From contig JBAZBY010000001.1 in assembly GCA_041671225.1 (NCBI GenBank), forward strand, positions 622,940 to 686,939: a DNA stretch of 64,000 bases, read 5' to 3'. The stretch is from Patescibacteria group bacterium. GTDB lineage: Bacteria > Patescibacteriota > Patescibacteriia > JBAZBY01. Positions 1 to 8,558 of the stretch are shown piece after piece. The translations under genes were made by a program, and so were the position numbers. Below the pieces are notes generated by a model that worked only from the letters and a program-made list of their open reading frames with translations, was not told the origin of the DNA and made no database searches. Numbering within the stretch: position 1 is the stretch's first letter; each line of letters begins with the position of its first letter.

Positions 1-823
1 GGCAGACCATATGGGAACGTTCACGCATACGCCAGAGGACGCCGCAGTCGCATTGCAGATTCTTGCGGGGCAGGATCCTCGCGATGCAACAACAAGCAGA
101 GAGCAGGTTCCGGATTATGAAAAGGAGATCAAACAACTTGATCTTAAAAAAATCACCGTGGGCCTCCCTAAGGAGTATTTTGGCGAGGGTCTTGATCCGG
201 CAATTGCAGAACAGGTTCGTTCTGCTGCAAAAAAATTAGAACAACTTGGTGCAAAAGTAGTGGAGCTTTCACTGCCACACACACTTGATGCGTTGCCAAC
301 GTATTATATTTTGAATCCAGCCGAGGCAAGTTCCAATTTGGCACGCTATGACGGTATTCGTTATTCTAAGGGACGCATCGCTTCAATACCAGAAGGCATG
401 ACATTGCGCGAGCGGTATGCGCATGTGCGTGGTGAAGGTTTTGGCAAGGAGCCCAAGCGCCGCATTATGATTGGCAATTATGTGCTTTCTGCTGAACATC
501 AGGATGCAACCTTTCGGCATGCCAGCAAGGTTCGGACGCTCATTCATCAGGATTTTAATCACGCATTTGAGCAGGTTGATGTATTGTTTACGCCCGTCGC
601 ACCAAGCACCGCCTTTTTGCTGGGAGCAGTACAGGACCCCGTGCAGATGTATCTTGCGGATATCTTCACGTCTGCACCCGCACTCGCCGGCGTTCCTGCT
701 GTCAGCGTGCCTGTTGGGGAGATTGACGGCCTCCCGGTTGGTTTGCAGATTGTGGGAAAATCCTTTGCAGAAGGGCAGCTTTTGGGCGTTGCGGCTCATG
801 TGATGCATGAAACAAGGACTTGA
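1..823 (+). CDS. gatA: Glu/Asp-tRNA amidotransferase subunit A-like amidase, C-terminal part (5' end outside window)
   Basis: ORF running in from the window edge; C-terminal amidase-signature region (DIFTSAPALAGVPAVSVPVGE...GLQIVGK) resembles GatA. Confidence 0.65.
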   Translation, partial: ADHMGTFTHTPEDAAVALQILAGQDPRDATTSREQVPDYEKEIKQLDLKKITVGLPKEYFGEGLDPAIAEQVRSAAKKLEQLGAKVVELSLPHTLDALPTYYILNPAEASSNLARYDGIRYSKGRIASIPEGMTLRERYAHVRGEGFGKEPKRRIMIGNYVLSAEHQDATFRHASKVRTLIHQDFNHAFEQVDVLFTPVAPSTAFLLGAVQDPVQMYLADIFTSAPALAGVPAVSVPVGEIDGLPVGLQIVGKSFAEGQLLGVAAHVMHETRT

Positions 824-868
824 AGTGCGCTAAAATTTTTGTTATACTAAAAAAGGTAAAGATTTGCT

Positions 869-1252
869 ATGGCAGAATCAACAAAAGGAAAAGTACTTCT
901 CGTTGAAGATGAAAAAATGCTCGCGGATATGTACGCGACAAAATTTTCGATGGAAGGCTACCAGATAGTGAATGCGTATGATGGGAAAGAGGGCTTGGAG
1001 GCGGCAAAACGCGAGAAGCCAAACATCATTCTTTTGGATATCATCATGCCAAAACTTGATGGCTTTGCAGTGCTGAAGGAGCTCAAGGCAGATGATGCAA
1101 TAAAGAATATTCCCGTTGTTCTCCTCACGAACCTTGGACAGGAAAGCGACGTCAAAAAGGGCAAGGATCTTGGCGCCGACGACTACTTTGTGAAAGCAAA
1201 TCACAGTCCACAGGAAATTGTGGAACTCGTTAAGAAGAAATTAGGAAAGTAA
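869..1252 (+). CDS. stand-alone response-regulator receiver (CheY-like) domain protein
   Basis: 127 aa; LLVEDE...LLDIIMP(phospho-Asp)...K motifs of a REC domain; no output domain. Confidence 0.75.
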   Translation: MAESTKGKVLLVEDEKMLADMYATKFSMEGYQIVNAYDGKEGLEAAKREKPNIILLDIIMPKLDGFAVLKELKADDAIKNIPVVLLTNLGQESDVKKGKDLGADDYFVKANHSPQEIVELVKKKLGK

Positions 1253-1256
1253 ATTT

Positions 1257-1865
1257 ATGGCAGACGATCTACGAAAAGAACGGACCGTTGTTTTAATAAA
1301 GCCGGATGGCGTTATGCGCGGTCTCTCGGGCGAAATTATAAACCGGTTTGAAAAAACAGGTTTAAAGATTATTGCCCTGAAAATGGTATGGATTGATAGA
1401 GAGATGGCTGGCAAGCACTATCCGGACTCTCGCACCGAGTTGCTTACAGGCATGGGTGAGAAAACACTGAAGACGTACGAGAAATATGGTAAGGATGCTA
1501 ATGAAGAGCTTGGTACCATGGATCCAACAGAGATTGGAAGAATGGTGAACAAGTGGAATATGGAGTTTCTTTCTAGTGGTCCGGTGGTGGCAATGATTCT
1601 TGAAGGGCTTCATGCCATTGATAATGTCCGCATGATTGCAGGCAACACCTTACCAGCCTTTGCAGAGCCCGGAACCATTCGCGGGGATTATTCCATTGAT
1701 TCTCCTGCACTTGCAAACGCAAACAAGCGAGCGGTTCGCAATATGATTCATGCATCAGGCAACCCAGAAGAAGCGCAGTATGAGATGGAACTCTGGTTTC
1801 AAGAGAAGGATATTCACAACTACAAGCGGGCAGACGAGGACGCGATGTTTGAAGGGCCGAAGTAG
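1257..1865 (+). CDS. ndk: nucleoside diphosphate kinase with ~45-aa internal insertion and C-terminal extension
   Basis: TVVLIKPDGV, SGPVV, NMIHASGNPEEA (active-site His) motifs; 202 aa vs ~140 typical. Confidence 0.8.
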   Translation: MADDLRKERTVVLIKPDGVMRGLSGEIINRFEKTGLKIIALKMVWIDREMAGKHYPDSRTELLTGMGEKTLKTYEKYGKDANEELGTMDPTEIGRMVNKWNMEFLSSGPVVAMILEGLHAIDNVRMIAGNTLPAFAEPGTIRGDYSIDSPALANANKRAVRNMIHASGNPEEAQYEMELWFQEKDIHNYKRADEDAMFEGPK

Positions 1866-1890
1866 GCCGCTCTATTTTGTATCGTAGACC

Positions 1891-1923
1891 GGACGGACTT
1901 CTCCAGCGGAAGTCCGTCCTTTG
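1891..1923 (+). terminator. rho-independent terminator after ndk
   Basis: perfect 11-bp stem ggacggacttc/gaagtccgtcc with 7-nt loop followed by ttt. Confidence 0.6.
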
Positions 1924-2280
1924 CATCGCGGCTGCCATTGTCAACCGCTCCCCGGCAAGGCCGGGTCGGGTATGACAAGCCAAGCTGGCAGCCGCTCGCA
2001 AGTCTACTTACAAAATACAGCGGCCTACTTCTCTAGAGTGGGGGGGGAAGAGAAGAAGTTCAGAATCGTTCGCCAGTCTGATGGAAAAATATATGAAGTC
2101 CTACAGATGAAGGATGGTAGTGTTTGCAGGCTTACGCGAGGGTGCTATAGTACGCCTGTCTGAAAGATAACGGGCTGTGGTTCTGCGACAAGCGTGGGAT
2201 AAACTCCGTCGGCCAGCGCGCACGAAGGCTCGTATGGCTCGCAGACTTGGATGCAGATAAACGTGCCTTGAAGGCCGAGT

Positions 2281-2354
2281 CGGGGTATGGCGCAGTTGGC
2301 TAGCGCGCTTGCATGGGGTGCAAGAGGTCGCCGGTTCAAGTCCGGCTACCCCGA
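2281..2354 (+). tRNA. tRNA-Pro (anticodon GGG)
   Basis: cloverleaf folds: acceptor cggggta/taccccg, D stem gcgc, anticodon stem cttgc/gcaag with loop atGGGgt, T arm gccgg-ttcaagt-ccggc; no encoded CCA; extra 7-bp flanking helix ggccgag/ctcggcc. Confidence 0.85.
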
Positions 2355-2491
2355 CTCGGCCCTTGAAGGGATCAAGCCCACCCAGCACCCGAGCTCATAG
2401 GGCGAGTGGTGCGGGATTCGGCCAGCCCGACCAATTCATACTTTGGGATTTTTGGTATTTCGGAGGGATATAAAATTAAAAACAGCCCGTC

Positions 2492-2520
2492 TTGACATTG
2501 TTTGTTAGTAGATGTAGTAT
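2492..2520 (+). promoter_or_regulatory. candidate sigma70-type promoter TTGACA-N17-TAGTAT upstream of ATP-grasp gene
   Basis: ttgaca 2492-2497, 17-nt spacer, tagtat 2515-2520. Confidence 0.4.
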
Positions 2521-2655
2521 TGTCGCCAATATTCTGCAAGACATCATTCTGTACACATGCATTCTCATCTTGTAACACTGAACCAGCGAGAAAAGGGCGT
2601 CTAATTTTCATCCTATTCGTTTCCCCGCGTTTTGCGGGTTTTCTTTTTTGTATCT

Positions 2656-4008
2656 ATGTCGATTCACGAATTGCAAACGTTCGCAAAAAGGTATTTCATG
2701 ACGGGTATCAATAAGGTTTCCTCTCTGCGCGTGCGTTCGGAGAAGAATACTACATTCGCGCTCAGCAGGTATTTCCCTGAAGGTACGGAGTATTTTTATG
2801 GGTATCCTACCGGAGAAGATTCGAATTTTTACAATGACGTACCGCCAATCATTGAGGAGCTCGTCTCTGCACGACCCCTTTCCGCTGCAGGAGAAGGGGT
2901 TCGTGTCATCCTTTTTGCCAATGCCGCACAGCATGAACAGATACAACTGCTGCGTGCGCTTGGCGTTCCGCTTGTCCCTGATCAGCAGATGATCCTGTTA
3001 CCGGCGGACATCGATGCCACGTTGATCGGTGTTGAGCGCAATGAAGCCGTGAAAGCCGCATTACGCAAGCGCGTCACACCGGGCAAGCTCATCATGGCGC
3101 AACCATACCTTGATTCTGAGCTGGCAGATCTCTATCAGATCCCGCCCGCACTTTCTGTCTGGTTGAACGATAAGAAGAACATGCCGTCGTATATATCAGC
3201 GTATTATCTGCCAAAGCGTTACGCATCATTCATGAACGGTGAGGAATTTTTCCATACCACAGCGGATCTTCCGGTACCCTGCGTCATTAAGATCTCATCT
3301 TCCAGCTCAGGTGATGGCGTGCGGCTGTGTATGACGCCGGAGGATCTTGCAGCTGCCAAGAACGATATGCGCGGGACGCATGTGAGTATCATCGCCGAAC
3401 AGTTCATCAGAGCGAAGAAAAATCTTGGTGTGCAGTTCGGGATACCGTATGACCGTTCCATGCCGGTGGAATTCGTGGGCGTGAATGAACAGATCACCAC
3501 TCCCGCAGGGTCATTTCTTGGCGGTATCATACATCCACAGGCACAGTATCCGCGATTCGAACACTTGCTGCATCTCTTACGCGAACGCATTTTACCATAT
3601 GCGCGGGACCTCGGTTGGTACGGACCCGGAGGCTTTGATGTGCTGTTGGGCGATGATGACCGATATTATTTTGTGGATGCGAATTTTCGTATGACGGGGA
3701 TGACTACTTTTTTATATGCAGCTGCCAATAGCAACGATGCGCGTATACGCCTGGGGTTCAATGGAACGTTATCCTGCTCGGAAGCATCGCTGTATCAGAA
3801 ACTCTTACCCCTTGCACATGTTGGCGGCCGCAGGCAGATATTCCAGACGATCTCTTTGATACGATCGGGCCATGACTGGCGTCTCAGTGGATTTGTGTTC
3901 GGCAAGGATTTTGCCGAACTTATCGCGAATGTGCAGGCGCTGCTCGATATCGGATTCATCTCTAAAGCACTTTCTGCGTGCGTCGCACAACAGCTGCGTA
4001 CGGAGTAG
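2656..4008 (+). CDS. ATP-grasp family enzyme (peptide/amide ligase-like), function unknown
   Basis: ORF 2632..4008; PCVIKISSSSSGDGVRLCMTPEDL resembles the ATP-grasp nucleotide-binding loop and is followed by IAEQFI; start codon uncertain (TTG 2632, ATG 2656 or ATG 2698). Confidence 0.55.
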   Translation: MSIHELQTFAKRYFMTGINKVSSLRVRSEKNTTFALSRYFPEGTEYFYGYPTGEDSNFYNDVPPIIEELVSARPLSAAGEGVRVILFANAAQHEQIQLLRALGVPLVPDQQMILLPADIDATLIGVERNEAVKAALRKRVTPGKLIMAQPYLDSELADLYQIPPALSVWLNDKKNMPSYISAYYLPKRYASFMNGEEFFHTTADLPVPCVIKISSSSSGDGVRLCMTPEDLAAAKNDMRGTHVSIIAEQFIRAKKNLGVQFGIPYDRSMPVEFVGVNEQITTPAGSFLGGIIHPQAQYPRFEHLLHLLRERILPYARDLGWYGPGGFDVLLGDDDRYYFVDANFRMTGMTTFLYAAANSNDARIRLGFNGTLSCSEASLYQKLLPLAHVGGRRQIFQTISLIRSGHDWRLSGFVFGKDFAELIANVQALLDIGFISKALSACVAQQLRTE

Positions 4009-4032
4009 GTACAGAACGTATACTTAAAGAAG

Positions 4033-4075
4033 TGCACCCCATGCAAGCACGCTAGCCAACTGCGCCACAGCCCGA
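4033..4075 (-). pseudogene. 5'-half fragment of a tRNA-Pro gene (about 40/44 nt identical to 2281-2324), inverted orientation
   Basis: reverse complement reads cgggctgtggcgcagttggctagcgtgcttgcatggggtgcac; no T arm or acceptor 3' side follows. Confidence 0.6.
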
Positions 4076-4121
4076 TGGCGCATACTATATACCACGACTC
4101 GTAATTCTGCAAAATGAAAAA

Positions 4122-4149
4122 GCCCAGATCCTCCTGTCTGGGCGTTTTT
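4122..4149. terminator. bidirectional rho-independent terminator between convergent ATP-grasp gene and purA
   Basis: stem gcccaga/tctgggc, 8-nt loop; A-run upstream and ttttt downstream. Confidence 0.55.
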
Positions 4150-4183
4150 CGCATATGTTGTATGCGCTATGCTGACCGCGATG

Positions 4184-5593
4184 TCAGCGAATGATCATGT
4201 GGTCCCTGTCGGGTCCGGTGCCGATGCGGTCGATGCGATGACCGCCGTGGCGCTCGATGGCGCGGATGTACTCCTGTGCCCGGAGCGGGAGCTTTTCGAA
4301 CTTCGTCTCACCAGTGATGTCCTCCTCCCACCCCGGCAGCTCGAGGTACTGCGGCTGAACACGCGCGTATTCCCAGGCGAGTTCCGGAATGCAGCCCTGC
4401 GGGAGCTGCTGTCCATCGAGCTCGTAGCCAATGCAGATTCGGAGCGTATTCAGTCCCGAGAGGCAGTCGAGCTTGCTGAGTACCAGCTCGTCCGGGTCGT
4501 TGACGTCGCAGAAGTAGACCTGCCACGTGCAATCGAACCAACCGGTTCGGCGCGGCCTGCCGCTTGTGGCACCGTACTCGTTCGCCGTGACGCGCAGATA
4601 CTGCCCGATCTCCTGGTCCGTCGCATGTCCGCCGTTGATCTTGGCGAGCATGTCCGTACACCAGGCCTCGCGCTGCTCCTTTGGGATGCGCTCTTCCTGC
4701 TGCGTCACCGCGTAGTCGCCGAGTTCCGTCACGAACGGACCGTTGCCAACCCGGCTTGCCACGAGCTTGTTCACGCCGATGCGCGTGCCAATGGCAGTCA
4801 CAGGAAGGCCGCTGCCCTGCGGGATTCCCGCAAAGGTGCACATGCCCTGGGTATTGAACCCCCAGGTGCCCCAGTACGGGTCCAGCATGAGCCCCTGCGC
4901 CCCTTCCCAGAGAATGGAGGCGCCGCGGTTCCATGCGTGGAGAAGCTCACCGCGTACATCCGTAACGTATGGCGCGAGCGCATCAGCAACCCCCAGCAGC
5001 TCATCAGCCATCTCTCGCGGACGTTTAACGAGCGGTGGATTCTCGAGGTGCTTGCCGAGCTCAGGATGTTCGAACACGGGGCGAAATGCCTCGTAGAAGT
5101 CCTTGAGCCATTGCAGCAACTCATCCGGGTGGTAGAGCATTCCCACCTTGGCGTTCAGGCGGAAGCCGATACTCCCGGCAATTCCGCACATCCCGCGCAT
5201 GGTTGTGTATGCCATACGTACGCCCTTGGCCTGCTCCACCCAGAGTTCAAGCGACCTGTGCCACTCGAACGAGAGGAAGCAACCGGCATCCACACCGAGA
5301 CTCTGGAGCTTCCCGCCCTTCTCCTGGAACTCCTTGATCTCAGCGAGGAGTTGAATGGGGTCAACCCGCACACCGCGCGCAAGCACGCAACGTGCGCCGG
5401 CGGCGGCACCGCTCGGTAGCAAGTGACCCACGAACTCGAAGTCGCCGACCTTGATGGTGTGACCCGCATTCGCGCCGCCTTCAAAGCGGGCGACGATGCT
5501 GCACTCTCTGCCGAGACGGTCGGTTTCCTTACCCTTGGATTCGTCGCCGGCAAAAACCCCGACGACCGCGTGGTTTACGCCTCGATGTGACAT
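4184..5593 (-). CDS. purA: adenylosuccinate synthetase
   Basis: GDESKGK P-loop, GGANAGHT, TSGRPRRTGWFD motifs; 469 aa; markedly GC-rich relative to neighbours. Confidence 0.9.
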   Translation of the reverse strand: MSHRGVNHAVVGVFAGDESKGKETDRLGRECSIVARFEGGANAGHTIKVGDFEFVGHLLPSGAAAGARCVLARGVRVDPIQLLAEIKEFQEKGGKLQSLGVDAGCFLSFEWHRSLELWVEQAKGVRMAYTTMRGMCGIAGSIGFRLNAKVGMLYHPDELLQWLKDFYEAFRPVFEHPELGKHLENPPLVKRPREMADELLGVADALAPYVTDVRGELLHAWNRGASILWEGAQGLMLDPYWGTWGFNTQGMCTFAGIPQGSGLPVTAIGTRIGVNKLVASRVGNGPFVTELGDYAVTQQEERIPKEQREAWCTDMLAKINGGHATDQEIGQYLRVTANEYGATSGRPRRTGWFDCTWQVYFCDVNDPDELVLSKLDCLSGLNTLRICIGYELDGQQLPQGCIPELAWEYARVQPQYLELPGWEEDITGETKFEKLPLRAQEYIRAIERHGGHRIDRIGTGPDRDHMIIR

Positions 5594-5697
5594 GTCCTTT
5601 ACCTCTTCTTTCGGTTGTCGGAGAGCAAACGTGAACGGCTCGACCTTAGCTGTTTTTTGCGTGATTGTAAAGCGGAATATGGTATAGTTACTGTGTT

Positions 5698-6255
5698 ATG
5701 CAACTCAAGCTCTACATCGCCGGAAAGGTTTCTCCAAACTCCCATTTTGGTACGCACGATTGGCGTGATGCATTTTGTGTTGAACTTGAGAAGAAGACGG
5801 GTTTGGAGATAAAAAATTTAGATCCCGCAAAATCACAATCGGATTTATTTTTGGATGAAAACAACAGCAAATTAATGGTTGGCCGGGATTCCTATATGAT
5901 TCGCATGGCTGATGTTATTCTCGTCAATCTTACTGATGATATTAGTGTTGGGGGTTCGCATGATATGCTTATCGCGAAGTATTACAAGAAATACCTTATT
6001 GGCCTTGCTCCAAAAGAAGGAAAGTTCAATAAATCTGTAACCACCCTCGGAGAACGCGAATACAAGAACTGGATTCACCCTTTTGTTTTGGAAACGTGTG
6101 ATGCGCTCGTTGAGGATATTGACCAACTTGCCGTTTGCTTGAAGGAGTTTATAGAAGTGCCACCAACAGAGATAAAGGATATTGATATCTTCGAGCAAGC
6201 CAGACAGTATTACGAGGAAAAATTTTATCCAGATGATACATTTCTCCATTCTTAA
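5698..6255 (+). CDS. nucleoside 2-deoxyribosyltransferase / DNPH1(Rcl)-like fold protein
   Basis: KLYIAGKVS N-terminus and ADVILVNLTDDISVGGSHDMLIA block match the YFCGSIRGG ... DVVVAEVTxPSLGVGYELG pattern of the family, but Asp replaces the nucleophile Glu; AT-rich gene. Confidence 0.5.
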   Translation: MQLKLYIAGKVSPNSHFGTHDWRDAFCVELEKKTGLEIKNLDPAKSQSDLFLDENNSKLMVGRDSYMIRMADVILVNLTDDISVGGSHDMLIAKYYKKYLIGLAPKEGKFNKSVTTLGEREYKNWIHPFVLETCDALVEDIDQLAVCLKEFIEVPPTEIKDIDIFEQARQYYEEKFYPDDTFLHS

Positions 6256-6263
6256 ATAACACT

Positions 6264-6665
6264 ATGGAACTTCAAGTCGGTGTAAAAATTCTTCTCAAAA
6301 ACCCTGAAGGGAAGTTTCTGCTTACACGCCGCAATCCAAAAAAATACCCTGAGGTGGGACCAAAGTGGGATATTGTTGGCGGACGGATTGATCCCGGCAC
6401 GCCGCTTCTTGATAATCTCCGCCGCGAGGTGAAAGAAGAAACCGGTATGGACTACACCGGCGATCCGACGCTTGTTGCGGCGCAGGATATTTTGCGCGTC
6501 CCCGGTCGGCATGTGGTTCGGCTCACGTATATCGGGGACATTGAAGGCGATCCCCAGCTTTCAGATGAAAGTCTGGAGTACAAATGGTTCACACGCGAGG
6601 AGCTGGTGCAGAATGAGGATCTGGATATCTACGTGAAAGAGTTGCTCGAAAAGGGGACTCTATAA
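6264..6665 (+). CDS. NUDIX hydrolase
   Basis: Nudix box GGRIDPGTPLLDNLRREVKEETG. Confidence 0.8.
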   Translation: MELQVGVKILLKNPEGKFLLTRRNPKKYPEVGPKWDIVGGRIDPGTPLLDNLRREVKEETGMDYTGDPTLVAAQDILRVPGRHVVRLTYIGDIEGDPQLSDESLEYKWFTREELVQNEDLDIYVKELLEKGTL

Positions 6666-6678
6666 TTCTTACGACACA

Positions 6679-6707
6679 TTGACACGCGCTACGACAGCGT
6701 ATAGCAT
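6679..6707 (+). promoter_or_regulatory. candidate promoter TTGACA-N17-TAGCAT for arsR-ccdA
   Basis: ttgaca 6679-6684, 17-nt spacer, tagcat 6702-6707. Confidence 0.35.
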
Positions 6708-6738
6708 TTAAGTACTTTCGCAATTATTAAATGGTTCT

Positions 6739-7056
6739 ATGTTGAAGGATACGCAGATTGCACGCCTTCGCAAAGCTCTTTCCAGGGATAAGGAAAAGCT
6801 TCCGGAATTTTTTGACGCGCTTGCCGACAAAAGCCGTTATCGCATCTTTCTTCTTCTTTTAGAAAACAAAGGATTGTGCGTGACGGATATTGCAAAGGTG
6901 CTTGGCATTTCTGTTCCCGCGGCGTCGCAGCAGTTCAAGATTCTGGAAAAAGCCAGCGTGGTGCAGCGAGAACGCATGGGACAGATGACATGTTATTGCG
7001 TTGACACCACAAATCCAACAGTAAAGTCCATCATCAAGCTCATCGGAGAAAAATAG
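6739..7056 (+). CDS. ArsR/SmtB-family HTH transcriptional regulator
   Basis: SRYRIFLLLLENKGLCVTDIAKVLGISVPAASQQFKILEKASVV winged-HTH typical of ArsR. Confidence 0.75.
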   Translation: MLKDTQIARLRKALSRDKEKLPEFFDALADKSRYRIFLLLLENKGLCVTDIAKVLGISVPAASQQFKILEKASVVQRERMGQMTCYCVDTTNPTVKSIIKLIGEK

Positions 7057-7059
7057 GAT

Positions 7060-7824
7060 ATGGTTGCGCTCATTGTTCCTGCATTCATTGCCGGAATCTT
7101 CATGTTTTTGGCTCCGTGCACACTCCCGTTAGTGCCGGGGTATCTTGCATTCATCAGTGGTGCGTCTTTGACGGATCTTGAAAATCCTACGGTCGCCGGG
7201 CAGATGCGAAAAAAAGTATTCATGAACGGTTTGTTCTATGTTGCGGGCTTTAGTGTCGTTTTTATTCTGATGGGCAGTCTCTTTGGTCTTGGCGGCGCGG
7301 CACTGGTGAAGTATCGCTCGCTTTTCACGCAGATTGGCGGCGTGTTCGTCGTCATGTTCGGTTTGTATATGATGCACGCGTTCACGATTCCCTTTGTTGA
7401 TCGTTTTTTGCAGCAAGATCATCGCGTGCGCTTCACCGCACTCAAGCCCGGTAATCCAACAAGTTCACTTATTTTTGGAGCCACATTCGCGTTTGGCTGG
7501 TCACCATGCGTTGGTCCGATTCTCGGCAGCGTTCTTCTTCTTGCATCATCCACTGCAACGGTTGGACAGGGAGCACTGCTGCTTGCTGTGTTTGCACTCG
7601 GCCTTGCCGTTCCCTTTTTGCTTCTTGCGTATGGCATTGGCTCAGCCATGCGCGTCATTCGTCGCGCTGCAAGGTTCCTCCGATTTTTTTCTTTTATTGG
7701 AGGCGTATTCCTCGTTATCCTTGGCGGATTAATGATCTTTGATCATTTTGGCCTTATGACCCGCTGGTTCTATCAACTTTTCTCCTTTCTTCATTATGAG
7801 AAGAGCTTGCTAGACTTTTTGTAA
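7060..7824 (+). CDS. ccdA: cytochrome c biogenesis / thiol-disulfide transporter CcdA (DsbD-like) membrane protein
   Basis: two conserved Cys in TM segments (APCTLPLVP, WSPCVGPILG); multi-TM. Confidence 0.75.
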   Translation: MVALIVPAFIAGIFMFLAPCTLPLVPGYLAFISGASLTDLENPTVAGQMRKKVFMNGLFYVAGFSVVFILMGSLFGLGGAALVKYRSLFTQIGGVFVVMFGLYMMHAFTIPFVDRFLQQDHRVRFTALKPGNPTSSLIFGATFAFGWSPCVGPILGSVLLLASSTATVGQGALLLAVFALGLAVPFLLLAYGIGSAMRVIRRAARFLRFFSFIGGVFLVILGGLMIFDHFGLMTRWFYQLFSFLHYEKSLLDFL

Positions 7825-7865
7825 TCTTGCATGATGTGCATATCTACCATTAAGAAAAAAGCATA

Positions 7866-8543
7866 GTGCGGCTCGCACGATATTTAAGCATTGCCGGTGT
7901 TGCAAGTAGGCGTAAGGCCGAAGAGTTGATCACCGCGGGAAAGGTGAAGGTGAACGGAAGCGTGCATCGTGATTTGGGTAAGCAAATAGATCCTGAAAGC
8001 GATGTGGTTGAATACGGCGGGAGAAAGCTCGCGGCAGAAACAAAAGTCTATTATAAGGTGCACAAACCCGTCGGGTATGAATGCACGGTCGGCGGGACAT
8101 ATGCAAAGAAGCGCGTTACCGATCTTGTTCCAGAGACGCCGCGCGTCGTTCCCGTTGGGCGACTCGACAAAGATTCCAGTGGTTTGATGATCCTCACGAA
8201 TGATGGCGACCTCGCGTATGAACTCACCCATCCAAAGTTTGAGCACACAAAGTTGTATGAAGTGACCGTGCAGGAAAAGATGAGCCCGAGCAGCGCAAAA
8301 AAATTATGTTCCGGAGTACATCTTGAAGACGGAACGACTGTCCGTGCAGATGCAGCAACGCTGATCAATCCTCATATGCTTCACATCACGTTACACGAAG
8401 GGAAAAACCGTCAGATTCGTCGCATGCTTGCCGTCTTGCACCTTACGGTCACATCACTTGTTCGTATTCAGGAGGGGAGGATCACGCTTGATGATCTCCC
8501 GCCTGGCGGATATGCTCAGCTCACACGAAGTGATATTCTTTGA
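7866..8543 (+). CDS. rluB: pseudouridine synthase, RsuA/RluB family (S4 domain + PSU catalytic domain); GTG start
   Basis: S4 motif LSIAGVASRRKAEELI; HKPVGYECTV; catalytic GRLDKDSSGLMILTNDG. Confidence 0.8.
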   Translation: MRLARYLSIAGVASRRKAEELITAGKVKVNGSVHRDLGKQIDPESDVVEYGGRKLAAETKVYYKVHKPVGYECTVGGTYAKKRVTDLVPETPRVVPVGRLDKDSSGLMILTNDGDLAYELTHPKFEHTKLYEVTVQEKMSPSSAKKLCSGVHLEDGTTVRADAATLINPHMLHITLHEGKNRQIRRMLAVLHLTVTSLVRIQEGRITLDDLPPGGYAQLTRSDIL

Positions 8544-8558
8544 TATACTACTTTTTGT

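Noticed and set aside
2502-2714. 70-aa Cys-rich small ORF upstream of the ATP-grasp gene as a confident precursor-peptide gene
   Set aside because: It overlaps the predicted promoter, has no RBS, and I cannot test conservation. It is kept only as a speculation inside a finding.
4169-5419. 416-aa plus-strand ORF and several 100-200-aa ORFs overlapping purA
   Set aside because: High GC content suppresses stop codons in all frames. purA on the minus strand has clear catalytic motifs, so the others are artefacts.
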